DNA of 64,000 nucleotides, taken from the NCBI GenBank assembly GCA_964016885.1, contig CAXHJY010000644.1:1-64000 (forward strand), written 5' to 3'. Positions within the stretch are counted from its first letter, which is position 1. Every line of letters starts with the position of its first letter. Positions 35,493 through 48,960 of the stretch are shown piece after piece. The stretch is from Eledone cirrhosa. Lineage: Eukaryota. Made by a program: the position numbers and the translations under genes. The notes beneath the pieces were generated by a model. It saw only the letters and a list, made by a program, of their open reading frames with translations, made no database searches and had not been told where the DNA came from.

Positions 35493-35568
<76 letters not shown>

Positions 35569-35625
35569 ATATACATACATATATATATATACATATACAT
35601 ATATATATACATACATATATATACA

Positions 35626-35659
<34 letters not shown>

Positions 35660-35858
35660 CATACACATATATATATATACATACATATACATATATATAC
35701 ATACATATACATATATATATATACATACATATATATATATACATACATATATATATATACATACATATATATATATATATACATACATATATATATATAC
35801 ATACATATATATATATACATACATATATATATATACATACATATATATATATACATAC

Positions 35859-35889
<31 letters not shown>

Positions 35890-35996
35890 CATACATATAT
35901 ATATATATATATATACATACATACATATATATATATATACATACATATATATATATATATATACATACATATATATATATATATATACATATATAC
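34788..35996. repeat. (TA)n/(TACA)n microsatellite
   Basis: Direct reading. Confidence 0.97.
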
Positions 35997-36217
35997 GGAT
36001 TAACAAATGATAGTTAAATGCAGTCCACTTAGGTGAAGTCCAGTTATGGTATTCCAGGTAGTGGATGATATTAACGCTTGGCTTGGTTTGACTCAACGAG
36101 GCGTTTTCATAGTGATGCTGCGGGTATGCCGTAATTCCTATGTTGTAAACACTTGGAGTAATAATAAATCAGGAAAGAAGGTTTACATGGTTTGCTATAC
36201 AAAAAAGTTTTTAATCA

Positions 36218-36330
36218 CATAGCTTACATTTGTTTCACTGAACTGGTATGTCTAGAGATCGCTATTCGCTTAATTTTGCGTTACTCGATCGCCAATACAG
36301 AATTATAACCAGTCAGATCTTCGGAGCATG
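36218..36330 (-). ncRNA. Hammerhead variant (CCGAAGA core, long stem II) in PLE-5 pLTR
   Basis: Reverse complement of 37986-38098. Confidence 0.6.
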
Positions 36331-36731
36331 CGAGAATGAAGAAAATACACAGGCAAGAAAAGAAAAGAAAATACAGGCTACTATATGAAGTAGTAATGGC
36401 ATTCAATTAGAACAATAACAACAATTACAACAATGCTATCAATAAATTATTTAAGGAGACCCTGACATTACTTAGGTGGGGGGTATATAATGTATCTAAT
36501 GTTACGGCCTGTAAAACTAGCTGTCATAAGGCAAAATGAAGCGTTGGCATGTACAAAGTATCGCAGTGTATATCAATTTTAAATTATAAAGATAAGCTAG
36601 TTTTTACAGTCTTTCTCTTCATTTTCAACAGTATACATGAGTGGGACCACTGTCAAAGCTAAATAGTTGTTGAGTTAATACAGAGGTTAACGAATTAATA
36701 TACGCATATATTTACGCACACACACACACAT

Positions 36732-36802
<71 letters not shown>

Positions 36803-37508
36803 TACACATGCATGTGTACATAGACACATACATACACATCAATATACACTCGTACAAAAATATACATACATGCAAAGAGATAAGCGTGCTAATTGTAATT
36901 ATGGCAAAAAGAAGGTAAAGTAACATTGTAGTAGTGAAATGAGAAAAACTAGGATTTAGGATCAAATGATGGCAGCAGCTGAGAAGGAGTAAGATTGTTG
37001 GTAGATGAGGTACTTACAGACAATTGTGTGGTATAGACTTGTGAAGGATATAGTATACTTAATGAATATATTTCTGTGGGTAGTAGGTATGCTAATTTAA
37101 AGCTATGTTATGTTGGTTCGATTCACGGAGGTTTGAATCTTATGAATTTAGTGGCTATTCTATGTCTGCAGAAGATAGATCTTTCTAACTTATTGTTAAG
37201 TAGCCTTTTAACATTTCTAAGGATATACAATAGCTCAAGATCACATAGCCCGCAATGGGACAACCCTGTACTATAGGTTTTAGCAGTCGACAACTTCGAC
37301 CAGTTGATACTGTAGTTAGTGTTGCTGTCCTTCAATTCCCATATTTTTTTGGCGAGGGTTGTGGAACCCATAAGTGCAAGGTTTTTCATTGAGTGCCTGT
37401 GCACATACCATCTTTTCTTAAAAGAACCTGCGGTGGATCCTATGTAATTCCAGGTGGAGTTACCCGAGATGTATATTGATGTGTATGTATGTGTCTATGT
37501 ACACATGC

Positions 37509-37587
<79 letters not shown>

Positions 37588-37985
37588 TGTGTGTGTGTGT
37601 GTAAATATATGCGTATATTAATTCGTTAACCTCTGTATTAACTCAACAACTATTTAGCTTTGACAGTGGTCCCACTCATGTATACTGTTGAAGATGAAGA
37701 GAAAGACTGTAAAAATTAGCTTATCTTTATAATTTAAAATTAATATACACTACGATACTTTGTACATGCCAACGCTTCATTTTGCCTTATGACAGCTAGT
37801 TTTACACGCCGTAACATTAGATACATTATATACCCACCACCTAAGTAATGTCAGGGTCTCCTTAAATAATTTATTGATAGCATTGTTGTAATTTTTGTTA
37901 TTGTTCTAATTGAATGCCATTACCACTTCATATAGTAGCCTGTATTTTCTTTTCTTTTCTTGCCTGTGTATTTTCTTCATTCTCG

Positions 37986-38098
37986 CATGCTCCGAAGATC
38001 TGACTGGTTATAATTCTGTATTGGCGATCGAGTAACGCAACATTAAGCGAATAGCGATCTCTAGACATACCAGTTCAGTGAAACAAATGTAAGCTATG
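37986..38098 (+). ncRNA. Hammerhead variant (CCGAAGA core, long stem II) in the inverted pLTR
   Basis: catgct-CCGAAGA-t-ctgactggt...accagttcag-t-GAAA-caaatg-TA-agctatg. Confidence 0.6.
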
Positions 38099-38179
38099 TG
38101 ATTAAAAACTTTTTTGTATAGCAAACCATGTAAACCTTCTTTCCTGATTTATATATACATATATATACATCCATACATA

Positions 38180-38211
<32 letters not shown>

Positions 38212-38219
38212 CATACATA

Positions 38220-38251
<32 letters not shown>

Positions 38252-38277
38252 CATACATATATATATATACATACATA

Positions 38278-38309
<32 letters not shown>

Positions 38310-38343
38310 CATACATATATACATATATATATATACATACATA

Positions 38344-38375
<32 letters not shown>

Positions 38376-38404
38376 CATACATATATATATATACATATAT
38401 ATAT

Positions 38405-38566
<162 letters not shown>

Positions 38567-38906
38567 GGAGGCACATGGCTTAGTGGTTAGAGCATTGGCC
38601 TTGCAATCGAAAGGTTGTGAGTTCAATTCTCAGACCGGGTGATGTGTTGTTTCCTTGAGCAAGAGACTTTATTTCACATTGCTCCAGTTTACTCAGCTGT
38701 AGAAATGAGATGATAGGGACAGGGGTCCCTATCATTCCACTGCAAAGTGGTCGTGGAGGTGCCACGGCAAAAAAAGCACACCCACCACTCACTGTAAATG
38801 AGGTTGGTGTTAGGAAAGGCATCCAGCTGTAGAAATCAAGCCAGTATCAGTTCCCGTCCCACCCTTGCAAGCAGGGAAAAGCGGACGTAAAATGAAATGA
38901 AAATGA
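38567..38906 (+). mobile_element. tRNA-derived SINE (CORE-like middle, short tandem-repeat tail)
   Basis: A box TGGCTTAGTGG and B box GAGTTCAATTC, followed by CORE-like tccttgagcaagagacttt...cagctgtagaaatg and an (aaatga)n tail. Confidence 0.85.
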
Positions 38907-39151
38907 TATACATACATATATATATACATATATATATATATACATATATATACATACATATATATATATACATATATATACATAATATATATATATATAC
39001 ATAATATATATATATATACATATATATACATATATATACATATATATATACATATATATATATAAACATATCTATACATATATATACATACATATATATA
39101 TATACACATATATATACATACATATATATATATATACATATATATATTTAT

Positions 39152-39185
<34 letters not shown>

Positions 39186-39270
39186 ATATATACATATATA
39201 TTTACTCTTTTACCTGTTTCAGCCATCCGGCTGAGGCCATGCTGGGGCACCGCCCTTGTTGCTACACATT

Positions 39271-42200
39271 TTATCTCCAGCCTGTATAGGTTGGCCACTG
39301 GTGTAGGAGGGAGTTTGTTGCTGCTGCCCTTAGGTTTCCCTCGTGTCTTGCTGTGGGCTCATCTGGGATCCTGGATAACAAGGTGTCGAGATGTTTCTTA
39401 AAGACATCCACTTCCACGTCATGCAAGTCTCTCAGATGCCTCGGCAGCCTGTTGAAGAGTTGAGGGCCCTTGAATCCCAGGCTATTGGAATACCTGCTCC
39501 TTATTCTAGATGTGGAAGACGGGACCTTTGGCACCACACAGTGACGTCCTGTTCGACGGTTGGTCCAGCTCCCAATGCCAAAGTTTGGTGCTAGTCCCTC
39601 CAGGATTTTCCACATGTAGATCACTGCGTATCTCTCCCGTCTTCACTCCAAGGAGTAGAGGTTCAGTTCCTTTAGCCTCTCCCAGTAGCTTGTCTCCCTC
39701 ATCTTGGCAATCCTCTTGGTGTAGCTTCGCTGGATTGCCTCAAGCTCCGTGGTTAGTTTGACACTATGGGGTGACCACAACTGGGAGCAGTAGTCCAGGC
39801 GGCTTAGGACAAAAGTCCTCCACAGTGTCAACATGGTGTCTCGATCTCTTGTCCGGAAAGTCCTCAAGATCCAGGCACAGAGTTGTCTGCATGTTGTCGC
39901 CACTTTCATGATGTGTGAAGAAAAAGATGCATCATCGCTCATCTATGCCCAGGTCTCGTATCGATTTTGACACGGGGATATCGGTCCCTCCTGGTCCTGT
40001 GTAGCTGTGTTCCACTATATTTGTGTTTTCAGGTTTGTTTGGAGGTTTGTATTGTAGGGCTTGGAATTTGCCAGCATTAAACTGCATGTTGTTTTCTTCC
40101 ACCCATCTGTATATGGCATCCAGATCCTGCTGTAAAAGGGCAGCGTCAGCCGGGTTTTTGATTGCCTGTGCTACCTTAGTGTCATCAGCATAGCTAGTGA
40201 GGGATGTTGTTGCATGCGCCACAGAGGGCATGTCCGAGAGAGCCACCAAAAACAGTAGTGGTCCCAGGACTGTCCTCTGGGGCACCCCACTTGTTATCGG
40301 TGTTTCCCTCGAGAGGGCCCCATTTGCTGCGACTGCCTGGCTTCTGTCCCTTAGGAAGCCATGCAGCCACTCACCTACTTTTCCAGTTATGCCGAGTCCG
40401 TGTAGTTTGTGACATATCATTCCGTGGTCGACCTTGTCAAAGGCCTTCGCAAAGTCAAGATATATTACGTCCACATGTGAGCTGACTAGTAGTTGTTTCA
40501 GTACCCAGTCGTAGTGATGTAGCAGCTGTGTAAGGCAGCTTCTTCCTGGGCGGAAGCCATGTTGCGTGCTAGTCGGGCGGTCATTTTCTTCGAGGAAAGT
40601 GATTAGTTTCTTTCTGACGACTCGCTCCATGACCTTACTGATATGCGACGTCAGGGAGACTGGCCTATAGTTCTTGGCCTCCGCTCTACTAACTCCTTTA
40701 TGGATAGGGCATATTGTGCCTTCTTTCAGCTCTCTGGGTAGTACACCGCTAGCCAAGGAGCTTCTGAAGAGCATCTTCAGTGGAGTTGCTAAGGCCCGCT
40801 TACATATTTTTAGGAGAACTGCTGGGAATCCATCAGGTCCAGCAGCCGAGTCTGTTCTAATTTCATCAATGGCGTACACCACATCCTCCTCCGTTATGTC
40901 TATGTGGTTGATGGTTGCCATTTCTTGATGTAGTGTTGTGGCATCAAAGAACTCCTCTGGCTTCGTTATTTGCATGTGCCTCAGTGGACATGTGAAGACA
41001 CTTTTGTACTGTTCGTTCAGTATTTCACATATCTCTTGAGGATTTTCGGTTAATGAACCGTCCGTGTGGAAGAGTGGCCCAATCTTGCAGTGTACTGAGG
41101 CAGTTTCTTTTGCAAATTTAAAGAAGGCCTTAGGGTTTGTTTTAATGTTTTCTATGGCCCTGTTCTCTTTCTTTGCCCTCTCATTCTCATGTGAAAGTTT
41201 GAGTGCAATCTCGGTGTCAAATAGTGCACGTTTCAAATAGGATTCCTTCTTGTTTTTGTTTTGTTGACTATTCAACTGGTTTGAGAGTTTAGTTCTACGT
41301 CTCATAAGGATTTTCCTATCTCTGGGAATAAGATTTTTGTGTCTGTTTGCCTCTTTCTCCGGGACACACTTTTTGCATATGGTGTGTATCGTTGTCATGA
41401 AGTGTTGAAATTGTGTGTTAGTGTCTTGTGTGGCGGTGTTTTCACTCCATGTTTGCTTCCGGATTTCACTCTTAATCTTTTTCCAGTTAGCCTTGTAGAA
41501 GTTAAGGTTGGATAGCGTCCCGGAGCTTCTTGGTGGTTTTGTCTCTGTTGGTTCTCTTGGACCACATATCATTATCTCTACTAAGTTATGATCCGAGAGA
41601 ATTGTTGGTGTCACCTTTACATTGTGGATGAGCACTTCGTTGTTTGTAAAACAGAGGTCCAGGACATTTTCGCCTCTTGTTGGGAGGAGTATTGCTTGCT
41701 CCATGAACAGCCTGTGTGTGAGGGCCAGCAGGGATTCCGTCTGTCTCTGTTCTATTGACGTCATTCCAGGAAGGAGGTGGCCCTCAGGCCATTTGACCTT
41801 TGGTAGGTTGAAGTCTCCCAGCAGTAGGATGTTGAGACCCTGGTCCAGTTTGTCAAGGACCTCTTCTATCCTACTTAGGCTATCCTCAAATTTACCCTCA
41901 TGACTGGGGGCATCGGGCGGCCGATATGTGACACATATTACTGTCTGTAGTTGCTTCATATGTATTATCAGTGTGTCACAGACTGAGTTTGAATGTGTCA
42001 ACAGTACAATTGGTGTGACATCTTCACGGATATACAGAGCAACCCCACCATGAGTTCTCTCCTTGCTGTCCGAACGAAATACAGTATATTTCGGTATATG
42101 TATTTCTGCATCTGCTATACTGCTTGTCAGGTGCGTTTCGGTTAGTGCCATGCACAGTGCTTGATTGCTTATGGCTAAGTCTCCCAGGTAGGAAATTTTA

Positions 42201-42499
42201 CTCATGTTGCTGAGTTTCACAAGGCCCCTGACATTCAGCAGCAGCACTGCTGTGACTTTTGGGGTGCCAGTAATGGCTGTCGGTATGACACCTGGTCTGG
42301 TGTCAGCGGCGACCACTCTGGGTCCCTTAACTGCGGTGGTCTCGAGTGCTGGTGTGGATGACCCTGGCTCTGGAGACGATGCAGCCAGGTCAGCTGTCCC
42401 ACAATCTTCTCTGCCATCACTAAAAATTTTTTCTGATCTGCTGCTGCCATCTGTATCTCGTCGGCATGTGCGTGCCTTCTCCTTGTTGGTGCGGCACAC
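39271..42499 (-). pseudogene. LINE ORF2 pseudogene
   Basis: Relative to copy 1 there is a 2-bp deletion near 39942 and a CGA>TGA stop at 39643. Confidence 0.9.
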
Positions 42500-43176
42500 G
42501 CGACATCAGCATACTTCTGGAGCGGCTTATTTCGGCTTTGGCTGGGGAATGTTGCGCGAGTATGATGGGCATAGTTCGTTTGAGACCTGGGGTGGGCGAA
42601 TCTGCATCCCATCCCTGTCTCTCCATGCCAGCATGTCCCGTTCTTGAAAAACATGCACATTACTTGGGGTTTTTTGCTCCCAGTGTCTCGGTGCTTTCTG
42701 TTCTTCCTTTGAATAGTTGTCCACTGGTCCCTCTGCGCTTGGTTCTCCTTCGGAAGGTTATTTCGCTTTTCACCTTTGCCCTTAGCTTGTTGGTTGCCCG
42801 GCCTGCCCTCCCTGCCTGTGGCGGAGGGTATATCATTTTCTTTCAGGTCCGTGCTTGTGCTCTCCTCCTTTTCTTTTTCCTCTTCCTTTTCCCTCTCCCT
42901 CTCCTCATCCCTCCCTTCGATTTTATCCTCCCTGAGGACACGGCTTAGCATCGCCATATGTGGCGCTATGAGGACATACGCCTTCTCAATTTCTTTTCTC
43001 TTTCTCTCTATCTGTGCCAGGGTCCTCAGAAACCCATGGCTCTTCAGGTTCTCCGCCATCTTTTTGCTTGGTGGAGACCCATCAGCCATGGTCCACCCCT
43101 TGATCAAAACCGCTAGTTCCATCTTTGACCAGTTTCGTTGACTCCTGATTTCACCTTTTTCCCGCATGCAGTCCAT
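42235..43176 (-). CDS. LINE ORF1 (Myb/SANT-like + CCCH), copy 2
   Basis: 313-aa open homologue of 17245-18207. Confidence 0.82.
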   Translation of the reverse strand: MDCMREKGEIRSQRNWSKMELAVLIKGWTMADGSPPSKKMAENLKSHGFLRTLAQIERKRKEIEKAYVLIAPHMAMLSRVLREDKIEGRDEEREREKEEEKEKEESTSTDLKENDIPSATGREGRPGNQQAKGKGEKRNNLPKENQAQRDQWTTIQRKNRKHRDTGSKKPQVMCMFFKNGTCWHGETGMGCRFAHPRSQTNYAHHTRATFPSQSRNKPLQKYADVACAAPTRRRHAHADEIQMAAADQKKFLVMAEKIVGQLTWLHRLQSQGHPHQHSRPPQLRDPEWSPLTPDQVSYRQPLLAPQKSQQCCC

Positions 43177-43911
43177 TTCGCTGTGGAGGGGAGAAAGAGA
43201 GACAGTGGGAAGTGTAGGGTAGAGGTTAGAGAGGGACAGAGGGAGGGAGGGAGGGAGGTAGAGATATAACTCCAGTGAGATAAATATAACTCCAGCGAGA
43301 AAAAGAAAGAGAAACAGAAGAAAAGAAAAGAAAAAAGGGGGGGGGGGAGACAGAAGAGGGGAGCGAGAGAGATAGCGGGAAGAGTGGGGGGAAGGTCAGA
43401 GGGAGAGAGAGCAGATAGAGAGAGAGAGAGAGAGGGAGAGAGAGAGCTCGTTGATCTAGAGAGAGGGAGAGGGAGAGAGAGAGCTCGTTGATCTAGAGAG
43501 ACAGAGAGGGAGAGAGAGAGAGAGAGGAAGGAAGGAGAGAGATAGAGATAGCGTGAGCAATAGCAGTTCATAAATATTAAAATAAATTTTAAATTAAATT
43601 AATGAATGGAAGAAACCGGAATCAGAGATATAGAAACACGATGTAAGTTGTATATAAGTTGAATCTAAATGTTTGCTTACAAATATACGAAGTTATTGTA
43701 ATATCAACATATCAAACAAGAAACAACAAAACCGAGTCAAAAACAGATAAGATTATACCAAATTAAACAAGATTATATTAAATTAAATTATGTTACTCAG
43801 AAAAATCAAAATAATACAAGATCTGTTTAAGTTAAACTAGAATTAGATTACGTATGCTCTGTATTGTAGTCAAGAAAAATAGAAAGCACGTGTGTGTGTT
43901 GTCTCCTATAC

Positions 43912-44052
<141 letters not shown>

Positions 44053-44219
44053 CATACTTACATACATATATATATATATATATACATACATATATATATA
44101 TACATACTTACATATACATACTTACATACATATATATATATATATATACATACATATATATATATATACATACATACATATATATATACATACATACATA
44201 CATATATATATATACATAC

Positions 44220-44252
<33 letters not shown>

Positions 44253-44271
44253 CATATATATATATACATAC

Positions 44272-44302
<31 letters not shown>

Positions 44303-44734
44303 CATACATATATATATATATATATATACATACATATATGGGGGCGATTAGTCTAACAGGTAGTTCAGTACGAAAATTGTTTTTGTGATCCTTGAGATTT
44401 ATCCTCGGAGTTCTTGGGAGGAATGGTTCGGTCTTTTTTCCGATGCCAAGTTTTGACATAATCTCAGAAGCTTCAAAGTTTATGGATTCTAAATTATCAA
44501 GGTTGGTTTTGCGATATTTTTTCCTAAGTTCCTTTAGGATAAGGTTGTTATAGTTATCCTTGGAAATAACATACAAATTATTGGTTTTGTCAGAGTGGAC
44601 TCCAGAGTATACTCTAGTCCTACAAACTGTAGAGTGCTACTTATCCGATATCTGCTCACATCCTACATTAACTTGCTCCTTAACGGTTGAGCGCTAACTC
44701 TCATATTGGATACCTTTTGATGGTCCTTTACAAC

Positions 44735-47336
44735 ATGGATTATTACAACATAACCAATTCAACTAAAGACATTCCTATACCTGGTAAATCTGAATTCACC
44801 AAACTTCTAATTGAAAAAACTGACTCCTTTGTAAGAAGGCTTAGATGGATAGCTTATTTCTATGACCAGCGCCTAAAAAGGAACTTCTATACCAAGGAAC
44901 ATAACTTCCCCGATCATCTATTTAATTCTAGAAGAAATCCTTCTTCCAACAAAAATCTAGTACAATTCGAGGAGGAGTTAACTAACATTATAAAAAATCT
45001 TAAATTCAAGAGAAACCCTTACAGAGGACAAGAGCACCTTGTAAATCTCAAGAACACAATTTCAAACCTAAATTCTTCAAAAAATGTTTTAGTCCTCTCT
45101 GACAAGACCAATAATTTATATGGGATTTCCAAGAACTATAACAACCTTATCCTAAAGGAATTTAGGAAAAAATATCGCAAAACCAACCATGATAATTTAG
45201 AATCCATAAACTTTGAAGTTTCTGAGATTATGTCAAAACTTGGCATCGGAAAAATGACCAAACCATTCCTCCCAAGAACTCCGAGGATAAATCTCAAGGA
45301 TCACAAAAACAATTTTCGTACTGAACTACCTGTTAGACGAATCGCCCCCTTTAAATCAGATCTGGGGGTTGTTAGCAAAGCCATCTTGGATAGAATTATC
45401 CCACAGGTTCGTTCTAATTGCTCTTCTTTGAACTTAAATTTATGATTTGGTACTTCTGAAGTGATTGGCTGGTTCAACAAATTGAATAAGAAAAATAAAC
45501 AAAAATTTATTCAATTTGATATTGCCAGTTACTATTCTTCTATTTCGCCCTCACTTCTCAACAATGCTCTATCTTTCGCTTACAAATATTCAGACATCAC
45601 CACAGATGAAATTCACATCATTCTCACCGCACGTAAAACCATCCTAGAGTTCAACAATGAATATTGGACCAGAGCTGATACCTCTAACAACTTTGACATC
45701 ACAATGGGAGCATCCGATTCATCCCAATTGACAGATTTAATTGGTATCTTTATTTTGAACTCTTTGAATCGGAAAATTCCTCAACTTCGCGGTGGAATTT
45801 ATCGTGACGATGGACTCTTTACTATCTTAAATTGCAACATAGTTAACCTTAATATTATTAAGAACAATATACGTAATCTCTTTAACCAACATAACTTAAA
45901 AATTGAATTTGATAACAGCATCAAACTAGCTAATTTCTTGGATGTATCTCTTAATCTTGACACTGGCCAATATTACCCTTACCATAAAAACAATGAGAAC
46001 CTAAATTATCTTAATTTTAAATCTAACCACCCCACTAATATTATGAATGCTATAGTTAGTAATATTGGAAAAAGAATATCTAACCTATCTTCTAATAAAA
46101 ACATCTTTGATGCTAACGCCAATTACTATAATAACGCGCTTTCTAAAGCCGGTTATCCTGATAAAATCAAATATAGTAAAGAAACAAATTCTAGAAGATC
46201 TTACAGTAGAATAATTAATCATGATCATTCCAATAACTTTAATAAAAGACCTAGATACAAAAACATAATCTGGTATAATGCTCCTTTCTCCATCTCTATT
46301 AATAATAATTGTTTCTACTTTAGGCACAAGGCCAGCAATTACCCAGTGCATTACTGGTACTTTATTTTATCGACCCCGTAAGGATGAAAGGCAAAGTCAA
46401 CCTCGGCGGGATTTGAACTCAGATCGTAAAGGGACGTAACTATGCTGGAAAGCATGGCGTCCGACCCTCTACCGATACTGCCAATACACCGCCCATCTCT
46501 ATTAATAATAATATTCCTAAATTATTCTTTAGTGCCTTAATAAATGCTTCCCTCCCTCACATATCTATAGTAAAATATTTAACAAACACACTATAAAATT
46601 TTCCTATTCGACCTCCTCCAACATCTCCAACATTATCTCTAAACACAACAATAAAATACTAAACACTAAATCTCTTCCTTCCAACACTGAATATCATAAT
46701 AATAGTAATAGTACTCCCGACGTCATTATAAACTCTAGGCTAATTTCTGCAAACCCAAATACAACGTCAAACACAACTTCGCTAAATGTTCTTAATCCCA
46801 TTCTAAATCAAGAAACTATTATTCCTATCGTAAATAACTTCTCCAATCCAATCCCTTCTATAGATAACACTAGGTCACTTGTTAATAACTCTGTTAATCT
46901 CTCTAATCGCAATTGCCCTGTTAAAAATAAATGTCCTCTCAACAACCATTGTCTTGAAAAAAACTTAATCTACGAATGTAAAGTTATAACTGACACCATT
47001 TCCTTTACCTATTTTGGCTCCACTTCCACCTCCTTTAAAGCTCGTCTTTATAATCATCATTCGTCTTTTAAATACCAACTTAAAAGAACCAACACGGCAC
47101 TCTCAGAACTGATATGGTCCTTGAAAGACAAAAATATTCAATATAACATCTCTTGGAAGAAGGGTTGTTCTGCTTCTCCATACTTGAACAGTTCTCTATC
47201 CAAGACATGCAATCTCTGTTTATGTGAAAAATTTACCATTATATCTAATTTAGATTCTATAATAAATAGACGCACTGACTTGTTTTCTCTCTGCTTGCAT
47301 AAATTCCACAGAACATTCCATAATATATACAGCTAA
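44735..47336 (+). pseudogene. PLE-4 RT + GIY-YIG ORF, disrupted
   Basis: Motifs STKDIPIP, SDKT, FDIASYYSSIS, ITMGASDS, IYRDDGL and CPLNNHCL..LIYEC..YFGST..FKARLYNH..CNLCLCEK. Disrupted by an in-frame TGA at 45443 and a SINE insertion at 46310. Confidence 0.88.
46310..46493 (-). mobile_element. tRNA-derived SINE inserted in PLE-4 with target-site duplication
   Basis: Minus strand has A box TGGCAGTATCGG, B box GAGTTCAAATCC and a gcctttcatcc..ggggtcgataaa middle domain. Flanking direct repeat catctctattaataataat at 46291-46309 and 46494-46512. Confidence 0.88.
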
Positions 47337-48322
47337 TATCTAATACTTTATCAATTTAAAATCCTTTTCTCAAAGGCATATATATATACATATATATTTC
47401 TTTAAAAATATACCCATCTTTCTACATTATTTCAATGTTATTTATTATACATTATATAATACTAGTTACTCATTCTATATCACTCCTATTTATCACTTCC
47501 CTTTCTTTCTTTCTTCCTTTTTTCTTTTCTTTTTTTCTTTTTCTTTTAATTTCTAACCCCTAATCTGTACCTTTTCTTCCTATATACTTCTCAATTATCA
47601 TTGTGCCTAACGTAGAAACAATAATTACACAGCACAATATATTCTTACTTTATATAACCTTGAAAAAATCCTTCGTAAACATAAACATTTTTTTGACATT
47701 AGATTATTCATCCTCAATTCATTAATTTTTTCTCCCTTTCATACTCATCTAACTTATACATATTACACTTATTCATCCACTATTCTACTTCTTTCACAAT
47801 ATATACTTACTTACATTACTATTGCTATATTTTTATATTTTTTTAATAATACATATCAACAATTTCTTTCCATCGCACATATTATTAAACCCTTAAATAT
47901 TATTCTTAATACATATTAACAATTTCTTTTCATCGCACATATTATTAAACCCTTAAATATACAAACCTTAACTTAACATTATTCTAAATTTTCCTCTTAG
48001 TTAATTTTCAAATTCTTTTAATTTATATATTATCTTCCAACGGTTTTTCAACCTCTCTATGTAAAACAATATATTTTTCTCAGTTATAAAAGCTATCTCT
48101 CTCTATCACCCGTCTCTCCTCCTATCTCATCCTTCCTCATTATACTCCTTCTCCTCCACTTTTTACTCTCATCTCCTCCTCTTTTTCATCCTTACTAACC
48201 TCACCCCCCCCTTAAAAAAATGTTTTTCCCAATATCAGGCATCAATCTAAAACTACTTTTCATATGTTGATTTAAAACTGCACTATTCACAAGTGTGTTT
48301 TAACCTTCATCTCATGTCTCCC

Positions 48323-48393
48323 TATTTTATCTGACGAAAACGCAAAGGTTATTGCATGATGATATTTGTTTTTGAAATGCGCATAATAAAATA
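48323..48393 (+). ncRNA. Type I hammerhead ribozyme in PLE-4 pLTR
   Basis: tattttat-CTGACGA-aaacgcaaa...tttgttttt-GAAA-tgcgca-TA-ataaaata. Stem I is 8 bp and stem III is palindromic. Confidence 0.88.
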
Positions 48394-48960
48394 CATGGAA
48401 CTCTTTTAACCATCTGTTAATCTTATATATTATTTGTACTCCAATCCTACAAACTGTAGAGTGCTACGTATCCGATATCTGCATTGCTTTATTGTACTAC
48501 AATAAAACTCACCTCCTACATATACATACATATATATATATATATACATATATACACATACATATATATATATATACACATATATACACATACATATATA
48601 TATATATACACATATATACACATACATATATATATATATATATACACATATATACACGTACAAATATATATATATACACATATATATATACATACACATA
48701 CATATATATATATACACATACATACATATATATATACACATACATATATATACACATACATACATATATATATATACATACATATATATATACATACATA
48801 TATATACACATACATATATATATATACACATACATATATATATATACACATACATATATATATATATACACATACATATATATATACACATACATATATA
48901 TATATATACACATACATATATATATATACACATACATATATATATATATATACACATACA

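Larger units (their letters stand above)
35997..38151 (-). mobile_element. PLE-5: GIY-YIG 3' fragment flanked by inverted pLTRs
   Basis: About 36165-36847 is the inverted repeat of about 37470-38151. The spacer encodes WNYIGSTAGSFKKRWYVH...TTLAKKIWELK...CGLCDLE (37123-37465, minus strand). Confidence 0.88.
39202..43907 (-). mobile_element. CR1/L2-group LINE family A, copy 2 (defective, slightly 5'-truncated)
   Basis: Collinear with and highly similar to 14211-18875. Confidence 0.93.
44339..48521 (+). mobile_element. PLE-4: near full-length AT-rich Penelope-like element (YRDD-type RT) with 5' inverted segment and short terminal direct repeat
   Basis: 44339-44600 is an inverted copy of about 45091-45348. 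44609-44667 recurs at about 48437-48521. Confidence 0.9.

Noticed and set aside
38567-38640. tRNA gene
   Set aside because: A and B boxes are present but there is no proper acceptor stem, and it continues into a SINE body.
45443-45445. In-frame TGA in PLE-4 as programmed read-through
   Set aside because: It most simply reflects TGG>TGA in a copy already disrupted by a SINE insertion.
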